From positions 1 through 7,398 of the forward strand of contig NBVN01000018.1 of NCBI GenBank assembly GCA_003056265.1: a DNA stretch of 7,398 nt, in the 5' to 3' direction. A model generated the notes under the pieces. The model worked only from the letters and a program-made list of their open reading frames with translations. It ran no database searches and was not told where the DNA came from. Shown here in pieces: positions 1-5,897 of this stretch. Position 1 is the stretch's first letter. Every line of letters begins with the position of its first letter. Made by a program: the position numbers and the translations under genes. Source of the stretch: Zestosphaera tikiterensis. Lineage in GTDB: Archaea > Thermoproteota > Thermoprotei_A > Sulfolobales > NBVN01.

Positions 1-4
1 AGTT

Positions 5-1198
5 ATGAGTCGTTTGAGGGGGAGTACTTCAGTAATCGTTGTGCTTTTAATTGCTTACATGCTGGTTTATTTCCATAGGACTATGACTGGCGTTATGAAG
101 CCTGAGATAGACTACTACTCGAGGTATTACGGGGTTGACGCGAATCTTATGCTTGCCGTGATGTCGTCCGCGTATTTCTACGCGTATGTTGTAGGGCAGT
201 TCTTCATGGGTCCTATCGTAGATTACTACGGAGTTAAAAAAGCTGGGTCGTTAATGGTTGCTATACTGGGTGTTGCTACACTTATGGTGAGCTTGCCGAA
301 CACGATAGCGTTAGTGGTTGGGCGGGCTCTTATAGGGTTATCTGCGAGTATAGTTTTCCTATCCTACATGAGGTCTTCAGCGTTAGAATTCACTTTAGGA
401 AAGCAAGGGAAATTAACGTCGTATGCTTTATTCGCAGGTAACGTAAGCACTATACTGGCGACCTACCCCTTAAGGCTAATGCTTAATAGTGTGGGGTTAC
501 CTTTAACGCTCATTGCCCTAGCGTTATCAACGTTCGCTATATCCGCCTCAATATACGTCGCTTCGAGAGATGTTGGAAGACGGGGAAGCGGTATGTCAGT
601 CGTTGAGCAGGCGATGTTCCTCGGTAGAATAGCGAGAAACCCCCATAGTTGGGGTGTTGGGCTCGCCGCAGCTGCTTCCTACGGCATTGGATTAGCCTAT
701 CAATCCTCTTGGGGTCAAATACATCTTACTGAGGTGTTCTCCCTAAGCAAGGAGGATGTTAGCACATACTTAATGGTGCTTGCCATGGTCTTCGCTTTAA
801 CTAGCCTTCCCACAGGGTATTTAAGCGATAGGCTTAAGCGTAGAAAACCCTTCTTACTTACGGCGAATGTTATCGCTGTTATTGCTTGGTTCCTCATGTA
901 CGTCTCCAGCATCGAAGGCGATAAGCTACTATTAACAGCTTCATTAATCCTAGTAGGTTTATCGCAAGGAGTACACGTAGTAGCTCCAACGATGGCTAAA
1001 GAACTCTACGATCCTAAGATCTCCGGCACAGCGGTTGCTTTCTTCAATATAGTACTCTTCACCAGTATAGCGTTACTGCAGTCAATATGTCCACTACTAA
1101 ACCCGCTTACAGCGCTGGCTGTGAACATAGCTATAGCATTAATTGGTATAGCTATAACGACCCTCCTAGTTAAGGAAACCTACCGTATTCAGCACTGA
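5..1198 (+). CDS. Major facilitator superfamily (MFS) transporter
   Basis: The 397-aa ORF is strongly hydrophobic, with about 12 TM-length segments. An MFS motif-A-like loop (GPIVDYYGVKKAG) follows the second hydrophobic segment, and GRALIGLSAS lies in the next helices. The frame is open back to the window edge (codon 2-4 gtt), so an upstream start cannot be excluded. TM1 starts about 8 aa after the ATG at position 5. Confidence 0.85.
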   Translation: MSRLRGSTSVIVVLLIAYMLVYFHRTMTGVMKPEIDYYSRYYGVDANLMLAVMSSAYFYAYVVGQFFMGPIVDYYGVKKAGSLMVAILGVATLMVSLPNTIALVVGRALIGLSASIVFLSYMRSSALEFTLGKQGKLTSYALFAGNVSTILATYPLRLMLNSVGLPLTLIALALSTFAISASIYVASRDVGRRGSGMSVVEQAMFLGRIARNPHSWGVGLAAAASYGIGLAYQSSWGQIHLTEVFSLSKEDVSTYLMVLAMVFALTSLPTGYLSDRLKRRKPFLLTANVIAVIAWFLMYVSSIEGDKLLLTASLILVGLSQGVHVVAPTMAKELYDPKISGTAVAFFNIVLFTSIALLQSICPLLNPLTALAVNIAIALIGIAITTLLVKETYRIQH

Positions 1199-1235
1199 TA
1201 AACCTATAATTAAAACACACATAGCTCACAACCAA

Positions 1236-1483
1236 GAGCCCCGCCGTTTTACGGTGGATTAGAAGTTTTATAGATTCTCCTGATCTTTAGGTCGGTAGGG
1301 GAGGTACGTCATTGAGGCTGACGGCTCCCCGCCATGAATAGCGGAGGTTCTCTCCCTAGGGCTTGCATTACTTCTCTGAAGCCCCTCACCGGGAGTGCAT
1401 CACCCATCAGTTCCCGCCGTCAGCTCCGGGAAGGTGTGGGACTCATCCCAAGCCACGGTTACCCACACCCAACACCAAAACAT
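1236..1483 (-). ncRNA. Unclassified structured-RNA candidate R1 (GC-rich island, paralog of R2)
   Basis: This is a GC-rich block in an AT-rich spacer with no ORF.
- On the minus strand it starts GTTTTGGTGTTGGG, about 22-25 nt downstream of a TATA-like box (1505-1497).
- The 5' end GUUUUGGUG (1481-1473) is complementary to CACC-gu-AAAAC near the 3' end (1256-1246).
- Internal hairpins: ggtgtggg 1433-1440 / cccacacc 1462-1469; ggggag 1298-1303 / ctcccc 1325-1330, enclosing cgtca 1307-1311 / tgacg 1319-1323; gggctt/aagccc around 1359-1386.
- It shares the 5' motif and a CCUCCGC block with R2.
- The strand call rests on G.U wobbles and TATA spacing and remains uncertain. Confidence 0.45.
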
Positions 1484-1496
1484 TAAACAAGAAAAA

Positions 1497-1505
1497 CTTA
1501 AAAAC
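1497..1505 (-). promoter_or_regulatory. TATA-like box upstream of R1 (minus strand gtttttaag)
   Basis: The minus strand reads GTTTTTAAG, followed about 16-24 nt later by the conserved GTTTTGG start of R1. R2 shows the same geometry. Confidence 0.35.
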
Positions 1506-1641
1506 ATTCACCCCACCTTAAAAGGTGAAGCCTCAAGCATATGGTGATGTAGAGTCTTAGGGGAGGATGGAATGAGTTCGCTCATCCAACTAAAGATTAA
1601 TGAACATTTAATACATATCTTAAAACCTTACTAAAGATGCG

Positions 1642-1653
1642 CTAAATATATTA
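1642..1653 (+). promoter_or_regulatory. Candidate TATA box for the TasA-like gene
   Basis: The sequence ctaaatatatta lies about 35-45 nt upstream of the ATG at 1686. This would give a short leader containing aggatg. Confidence 0.3.
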
Positions 1654-1685
1654 ACTAAACAACCCACCCTAACTAGGATGTAAAT

Positions 1686-2840
1686 ATGTATAATCAAAAA
1701 GCCGTATTTGGGATGGTATTAGCGTTAATGATTATGGCGTCAGCGCTAGCTATGTGGAATGAAACCCTAAGGGTTAATGTTTCAGTATCTATGGGTGACG
1801 TTGATTGGAAATTCCAAAAGGTAGAATGGCTTGATGCATGTGACTCAACCAGCGGTAAAGACTGGAATGTAATTCCACCTTCAAACGAGCCGAAGCAGGT
1901 GGATAAGGACGTTGGATGTACTTCAGTTTCGATATCTGAAGATGGACACACACTAGACATTACTTTAAGTAATGTCTACCCATGGTATTATACGGAAGTC
2001 AAAGCATCTATCGTTAACACCGGAACTATACCGATAAAAGTCTCGAAGCTAACAATAGATGGGGAGGAATACCCCCCTACAAGTAGGGAGATATATCTTG
2101 ACATAAACAACGACCACCAACCAGATCTATTGATAATGTGGGAAGGCCCCGAATACTGCGAGCAAATACATCCAGGGCAATCCACAGACCTAGTGATTAA
2201 GGTGTTAGTACTTCAAAACGCACCTCAAGGATTAACAACATCAATCAGCGTGGGCTTAACAGCAATACAGTGGAACGAATTAACGTGCCCACCACCAACC
2301 ACCACACCACCAACATACAAACCAACCATAAACAACGGTAACTTCACAGGATGCAGTCTTAATGGTTGGAGTACAGGTTTTGATAACAAATGGAAGGAGA
2401 AGGATAAAGATAAAGATAAAACAAAATGGGAAGCTGTTAAGGATGATAAGAATGATCCCGCTCTAGATGGTTGTGCCGCTAAATTTGATGGTGAGCTTGA
2501 AGGTAAGGATACTGTTAATGCGTTTGCTTGGCTTTATCAATACTTTACGGTTAGTGTGAGCACGTCGTTTAACGTAGTAATAAGGTATAAAGTTACTCAA
2601 GTAGCTGATCATGGTGCTAATGTAACTCTGAGGTTTGGCGTGTGGGATGGTAGTAACTGGGTGTGTATGGGTAGTCAAACAATAGTTTATGGTACGGGAC
2701 CTAGTGGTGGCATACCCTATCGCGAGTATAGCGTATCATGTAGTTTAACGCCGGGAAGCTATCAGTTAAGGCTTGAAATAGAGAATGATAAGTCCAACAA
2801 CTTCGTCATGCTTGTAGATTACTTCACAATCGATTGTTAA
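1686..2840 (+). CDS. Secreted TasA/camelysin-like (peptidase M73 superfamily fold) fibre/pilin-type domain fused through a Pro/Thr linker to a C-terminal jelly-roll (CBM/DUF642-like) domain
   Basis: 384-aa ORF.
- The N-terminal signal peptide (K-containing n-region, hydrophobic VFGMVLALMIMASALA) is followed by A-M-W-N-E-T. This matches the A-x-[FW]-x-[DE]-T start seen in SipW-type/TasA-like precursors (TasA: TWAAFND).
- The motif LSNVYPW...VKASIVNTGTIPIKV resembles TasA LSNLKPGD...FENNGSLAIK.
- The first domain ends LTAIQWNE, compared with TasA FEATQWNG.
- The linker is CPPPTTTPPTYKPT.
- The second domain starts INNGNFTG.SLNGWSTG and ends FVMLVDYFTIDC. Both are typical first and last strands of CBM-like jelly rolls.
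- There are nine Cys residues. Confidence 0.8.
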   Translation: MYNQKAVFGMVLALMIMASALAMWNETLRVNVSVSMGDVDWKFQKVEWLDACDSTSGKDWNVIPPSNEPKQVDKDVGCTSVSISEDGHTLDITLSNVYPWYYTEVKASIVNTGTIPIKVSKLTIDGEEYPPTSREIYLDINNDHQPDLLIMWEGPEYCEQIHPGQSTDLVIKVLVLQNAPQGLTTSISVGLTAIQWNELTCPPPTTTPPTYKPTINNGNFTGCSLNGWSTGFDNKWKEKDKDKDKTKWEAVKDDKNDPALDGCAAKFDGELEGKDTVNAFAWLYQYFTVSVSTSFNVVIRYKVTQVADHGANVTLRFGVWDGSNWVCMGSQTIVYGTGPSGGIPYREYSVSCSLTPGSYQLRLEIENDKSNNFVMLVDYFTIDC

Positions 2841-2855
2841 TCAAATTAAATAATG

Positions 2856-2860
2856 TTTTT
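2856..2860 (+). terminator. T5 tract 16 nt after the TasA-like stop codon (archaeal oligo-T terminator candidate)
   Basis: The sequence taatgtttttcatt follows the stop codon at 2838-2840. Archaeal RNA polymerase terminates at oligo-T runs. Confidence 0.25.
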
Positions 2861-3071
2861 CATTCATTACTATAATTAACTTACTCATTTAACTATTCTG
2901 TTCATGAATATTTGCGCATTTAAGAACGCTTAAAGCGTTGCTGTATTTCCTTTATCACCTGAGTATGCTTTATCATAGATAAGAAAGACAAATTTGCCTA
3001 TGTTGCGAACGTATGCTTTCATTACCTAATAGTTGCTTACTAACGTAGAACTTAAGTTTAGTGAAGGTTTA

Positions 3072-3297
3072 AAGGGTGGGGTTCGGGTCTGAACGATTTC
3101 CCTAATCACTTTCTTCATCCCTTCATGTTTTGTTCCTCCGTTCCGTCTGGTTTCATCCTTCACTGCGGAGGCTCTTAGGGGCGACCCAGGCACCCCTGCA
3201 CACGCTTACCCTCTTTTTCCCTTCCATCCCTTGATACTTACTCAGGGATCCACCTACCCTACAGGTGGATAAACCCCCTCATCAACCCCAAAACAAT
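3072..3297 (-). ncRNA. Unclassified structured-RNA candidate R2 (GC-rich island, paralog of R1)
   Basis: This is a GC-rich block in an AT-rich spacer with no ORF.
- The minus strand starts (AT)TGTTTTGGGGTTGATGAGG, about 24 nt downstream of a strong TATA box (3320-3307).
- The 5' UGGGGUU (3290-3284) is perfectly complementary to AACCCCA at the 3' end (3083-3077).
- Hairpins: atccacct 3248-3255 / aggtggat 3263-3270, extended by GGGG/CCCU; GGGGUG/CGCCCC (3196-3178), which has a U.G wobble only on the minus strand; CCUCCG/CGGAGG (3171-3166 / 3140-3135).
- It contains UGAUGA...CUGA and several GGAUGA motifs, which are K-turn-like. Confidence 0.45.
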
Positions 3298-3306
3298 ATT
3301 CACTTC

Positions 3307-3320
3307 TAAAATATATAAAC
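3307..3320 (-). promoter_or_regulatory. Strong TATA box upstream of R2 (minus strand gtttatatatttta)
   Basis: The minus strand reads TTTATATATTTTA. The conserved GTTTTGG of R2 begins about 25 nt downstream of the start of the box. Confidence 0.4.
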
Positions 3321-3411
3321 ATCTTAGAAACATGAGAAAGTAATTGAAGGTAATTAAGAGTACTAAGAAATTATATAGAACGTGCTACGGCTACTTAAGT
3401 TTTCGATGTTC

Positions 3412-3419
3412 TTTTTAAG
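3412..3419 (+). promoter_or_regulatory. Candidate TATA box for the FAH-family gene
   Basis: The tttttaag box is centred about 26 nt before position 3442. This places the transcription start just upstream of the ATG at 3450. Confidence 0.3.
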
Positions 3420-3449
3420 TGTTTGTTTGAGGTTTTTATGGTGGTTGAT

Positions 3450-4361
3450 ATGAGGTTGGTTATGTTTTCACCTAGGCTTAAGGAGAGACCTAGGCTTGGT
3501 GTTGTGGTGGGTGGGGTTATAGCTGATTTAACGGTGTATTATCGTGAGGTTTTCGGTTATGAACCGCCTAGTTGGTTGTATGACTTAGGTGAGTTTCTCA
3601 GTTGTGGTTATAGTCGTGTGGTGGTTGATGAGTTGATTGCTAGTACTTCATTTAAGGTTGATGGGGTGTTTAACTACGGCGTTGATGACGTGGTTTACTA
3701 CCCGCCCACGTCGGGAGGTCAGAGGGTGTTTTGCGCTGCTGTGAATTACAGATCCCATGCGGAGGAGACGAAAACACCTATTCCTTCAAAACCCTACATC
3801 TTCATGAAGCCGAGGACCGCCTTAGTAGGTCATAAGCAACCGATTATAGCGCCGAAGGTTTCGGAGTTAGTGGATTATGAGGTTGAGTTAGGCGTTATAA
3901 TCGGTAGGAAAGGTAAGTACTTAAGTAAGGAAGGGGCTAGGGAGGTCATCGCCGGATATACAGTATTTAACGACATATCATTCAGAGATTGGCAGTTCCC
4001 ACCTCAAGGTAGTTTAGGGCTTGACTGGCTACATGGTAAGGGGATGGACTCATCCACCCCGGCAGGACCCTACTTAGTGACTAAGGATGAAGTACCCGAC
4101 ATTAACGACCTAGAGTTAAGGCTAACCGTAAATAATGAGTTAAGGCAGAACAGCACAACTCACGACATGATATTCTCGGTGGAGGAGCTAATATCGTATA
4201 TATCTCAAGGACTTGCTTTACTACCCGGCGACTTAATAGCTACGGGAACTCCAGCAGGAGTAGGTCACGTAAGGCGAACCTACCTTAAGGAAGGAGACGT
4301 AGTAATAGCGGAGATAAGCAAGGTAGGCAGACTTGAAAACACCGTAATTAAAGAGAGATGA
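3450..4361 (+). CDS. Fumarylacetoacetate hydrolase (FAH) family protein (2-keto-4-pentenoate hydratase / oxaloacetate decarboxylase-type)
   Basis: The sequence carries FAH-family signatures:
- AVNYRSHAEE
- PYIFMKP..ALVGH..PI
- the metal-binding block DYEVELGVIIG
- GYTVFNDISFRD and KG.DSS.P.GP
- MIFSVEELISYISQGLALLPGDLIATGTPAGVG

The ORF track begins at TTG 3423. I prefer ATG 3450 (MRLVMFSP..., a typical FAH N-terminus, and consistent with the TATA box at 3412-3419). ATG 3438 is an alternative start. Confidence 0.88.
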   Translation: MRLVMFSPRLKERPRLGVVVGGVIADLTVYYREVFGYEPPSWLYDLGEFLSCGYSRVVVDELIASTSFKVDGVFNYGVDDVVYYPPTSGGQRVFCAAVNYRSHAEETKTPIPSKPYIFMKPRTALVGHKQPIIAPKVSELVDYEVELGVIIGRKGKYLSKEGAREVIAGYTVFNDISFRDWQFPPQGSLGLDWLHGKGMDSSTPAGPYLVTKDEVPDINDLELRLTVNNELRQNSTTHDMIFSVEELISYISQGLALLPGDLIATGTPAGVGHVRRTYLKEGDVVIAEISKVGRLENTVIKER

Positions 4362-4362
4362 T

Positions 4363-4500
4363 ACCCACATAAAGAACGAAGCTTTCAAAGTAATTAATCA
4401 ACGCCGCCAGCTCCACTTCTTTAAAACCTTGCTTAAGAAACTCCATCAGCTGATATTGAGTAAATCTCCCTTAAGAACAACTACAACATCAACTTCTCAC
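4363..4500 (-). pseudogene. Decayed fragment of a second archaeal-ATPase (PF01637-type) paralog
   Basis: - The minus-strand frame 4470-4363 reads GRFTQYQLMEFLKQGFKEVELAALINYFESFVLYVG. The intact-length paralog reads ERFT*DQSIEFLKQGFKEVGLVVSTDYIESIVELFDG at 5909-5802.
- About 75 nt (4414-4490 vs 5855-5930) are roughly 80% identical at the DNA level.
- Upstream there is an in-frame TAA (4471-4473) and a 1-nt indel relative to the paralog.
- The similarity ends at the FAH stop codon.
- The outer limits of the fragment are approximate. Confidence 0.5.
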
Positions 4501-4686
4501 ATCTCTCGAGGCTGTGAACACATTCTTCAACAAACTCTCTAGCTATGCCTTTTTGACGCATACGTTCAAGTACGTGCGTTGCTTAGCGTATCTTCAAGCT
4601 CCAGCTGCTTTATCGTTTAATTTAGGTACGTCCTCAACATAACTTTGTGAGGAAGTTTCTATAACGTTTAAGTATTATATAAATTC

Positions 4687-5097
4687 TCATTCCTCAGTAG
4701 GTTTTAGTTCATTTAAACTTAGTATGTTAACGCGAACACTACCTTTCTGCCTTAACGTTCTATCTTCTGTTACTAACGTTAGATGATTTACGCTTGCAAG
4801 CACTATATAAGACGCGTCATACACCGTAACCCCAAGCTCTAACGCAGTTCTTAATACCTCACTTTCTAACTTTAGAACATCAAGCACCCTCATACTATTA
4901 AATACCCACTGTATTACTGAAGTTAACTCCATAGCTTTAGCAGCCGTTACACTCTTATGCAGGTATGTCTCCTTCCATAAAGCGTTAAGAACTTCATAAA
5001 TTGCTAAGCGTTGCGTGTATTCATTAACTAACAATCCTACCTTCTTTTGTTTAAGTGCTGCGATTATTGAAGACGCGTCAAAGAGGTAATGAGCCAC
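4687..5097 (-). CDS. vapC: PIN-domain ribonuclease toxin VapC
   Basis: The 136-aa ORF carries the PIN acidic quartet in the expected contexts: D7 (YLFDAS), E35 (AIYEVLNALWK), D94 (VYDASYIVLA) and D112 (LVTEDRTL). It starts with GTG (5097-5095), which overlaps the upstream antitoxin stop codon by 1 nt. Confidence 0.9.
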   Translation of the reverse strand: MAHYLFDASSIIAALKQKKVGLLVNEYTQRLAIYEVLNALWKETYLHKSVTAAKAMELTSVIQWVFNSMRVLDVLKLESEVLRTALELGVTVYDASYIVLASVNHLTLVTEDRTLRQKGSVRVNILSLNELKPTEE

Positions 5098-5327
5098 TAC
5101 CTACCCTCCCTATCCTCCCTTATGCTTACTACAACCCTTTCAATATCAATCTTACCTAAAACATCACTCAACTCCTCCAGCTTCTTCATAACTAACTCCA
5201 TCTCACGCCTTCTTACCTCCTCCTCCAACTTTTCCCTTAGAAACTTAGAAACGTTGATCTCCAACTCACGCGCCCTTTCCAATACCTCACGCCTAACTTT
5301 CGTAGAGACAGTCACATAACTACCCAT
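5097..5327 (-). CDS. vapB: VapB-type antitoxin (ribbon-helix-helix-like N-terminus, charged coiled C-terminus)
   Basis: The 76-aa ORF lies immediately upstream of vapC. Its N-terminus, VTVSTKVRREVLERARELEINVSKFLREKLEEE, matches the archaeal VapB pattern (beta strand, then helix, ..GINVSE..R..LEE). The TAG stop overlaps the vapC GTG (TAGTG), which implies translational coupling. Candidate minus-strand TATA boxes lie at 5350-5339 and 5434-5423. Confidence 0.8.
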   Translation of the reverse strand: MGSYVTVSTKVRREVLERARELEINVSKFLREKLEEEVRRREMELVMKKLEELSDVLGKIDIERVVVSIREDREGR

Positions 5328-5465
5328 AAATACCTACCAAATATGTAAACCATACAACAACTAATAAGCTTAACCCCTCTTAAATATGATAACGGTAAGC
5401 AACCTCACGCCTCATTAATTGCTATTTATAAAAGTTGTAACGAGAGATTTAAGACCAACTATGAA

Positions 5466-5852
5466 TTATAGCGTTTTAGCCGCTTCTTTATAGACTTGAT
5501 CTAGAAACTCGTAGTTTTCCACTATGCTGAGTTTTCTAAGTGACTCAAGTATGTTATGCAGAGCGCTTTTAGGTACTGTTCTTCCCTCAAGTTCTTCAAG
5601 CTTTGATTTAAGCTCGCTCCATCTATTAATGCCTTGTGCTATTAGCTTGAGTACTAACGCGTACCTCCTCCCTCTCACGTTAATTAATTCCCTTAACTCC
5701 TTCCTAGCTATTTCGATTGCTTGACTCTTTAACTCATCTAGCTTTACTTCACCGCCTCTAGATACGACGATACTACCTGCTAACGTTAACCACCCAGGTA
5801 TTCCATCGAATAACTCAACTATTGATTCGATGTAATCAGTCGATACTACCAA
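5466..5852 (-). CDS. C-terminal half of the archaeal ATPase gene (DUF234-like winged-helix region), separated from the N-terminal half by one in-frame TGA
   Basis: The 128-aa ORF is in the same frame as 5898-6518. The tracked start is a TTG that reads as Leu in the continuous frame. GIPGWL and the RWSELK...LE...TV.KS.L...L..L segment are typical of the C-terminal part of PF01637/DUF234 proteins. The frame is open from 5897 down to 5466. Confidence 0.7.
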   Translation of the reverse strand: MVVSTDYIESIVELFDGIPGWLTLAGSIVVSRGGEVKLDELKSQAIEIARKELRELINVRGRRYALVLKLIAQGINRWSELKSKLEELEGRTVPKSALHNILESLRKLSIVENYEFLDQVYKEAAKTL

Positions 5853-5897
5853 CCCTACTTCTTTAAAACCTTGTTTAAGGAACTCTATCGACTGATC

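Noticed and set aside
715-912. 65-aa minus-strand ORF inside the MFS gene
   Set aside because: It is fully nested antisense to a strongly supported 397-aa CDS. It has no recognisable motifs and is a typical shadow ORF.
1241-1257. Hairpin ccgccgt-ttt-acggtgg as a plus-strand terminator of the MFS gene
   Set aside because: This is possible: it has a G.U wobble on the plus strand, a TTTT run, and lies 43 nt after the stop codon. However, the same bases form the proposed closing helix of R1, and archaeal termination needs only the T-run. It is kept as an alternative reading, not a separate feature.
1694-2678. Three minus-strand ORFs (1694-1960, 1988-2185, 2463-2678) antisense to the TasA-like gene
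   Set aside because: All three are nested antisense within a CDS that has clear domain signatures. Their compositions (Ser/Thr/His/Ile rich) look like antisense translation.
2930-3022. 30-aa minus-strand ORF (MKAYVRNIGKFVFLIYDKAYSGDKGNTATL) downstream of R2
   Set aside because: It is too short, I recognise no homology or motif, and there is no clear promoter. It is possibly a gene remnant. The nearby aacgct-taa-agcgtt palindrome (2925-2939) is also unexplained but weak.
1236-3297. R1 and R2 as known RNAs (RNase P including the short Thermoproteaceae type, SRP RNA, tRNA or split tRNA, C/D or H/ACA sRNA)
   Set aside because: - By eye there is no GGAAAGUCC-type CR-I, no ACAGAA..GGCUUA-type CR-V, and no SRP helix-8 GGAA/AGCA motif.
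- There is no cloverleaf or T-loop. The ggggttcgggtc at 3078-3089 lacks a matching stem.
- The C-to-D' spacing is not about 12 nt, and there is no 3' ACA box.
- Two divergent copies would also be odd for RNase P or SRP RNA.
- This rejection is visual only and needs cmscan.
1236-3297. R1 and R2 as the direct-repeat ends or MITE copies of a mobile cassette carrying the TasA-like gene
   Set aside because: The copies are only loosely similar, sharing motifs rather than long identity. I saw no target-site duplications, and no transposase or integrase is present. The conserved TATA-to-5'-end spacing fits transcription units better. MITE ancestry cannot be fully excluded because each element has complementary termini.
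3423-3449. TTG 3423 (ORF-track start) or ATG 3438 as the FAH start codon
   Set aside because: The N-terminal extension MFEVFMVVD has no counterpart in typical FAH N-termini (M[KR]L..F). It would also lie upstream of, or at, the transcription start predicted from the TATA box at 3412-3419. ATG 3438 remains a possible alternative.
5089-5319. 76-aa plus-strand ORF antisense to vapB
   Set aside because: The peptide is Ser/Leu/Thr-rich and low in complexity. The opposite strand encodes a convincing antitoxin that is translationally coupled to vapC.
5524-5724. 66-aa plus-strand ORF antisense to the ATPase C-terminal half
   Set aside because: The translation is low-complexity and Ser/Leu-rich, antisense to a family-typical coding frame.
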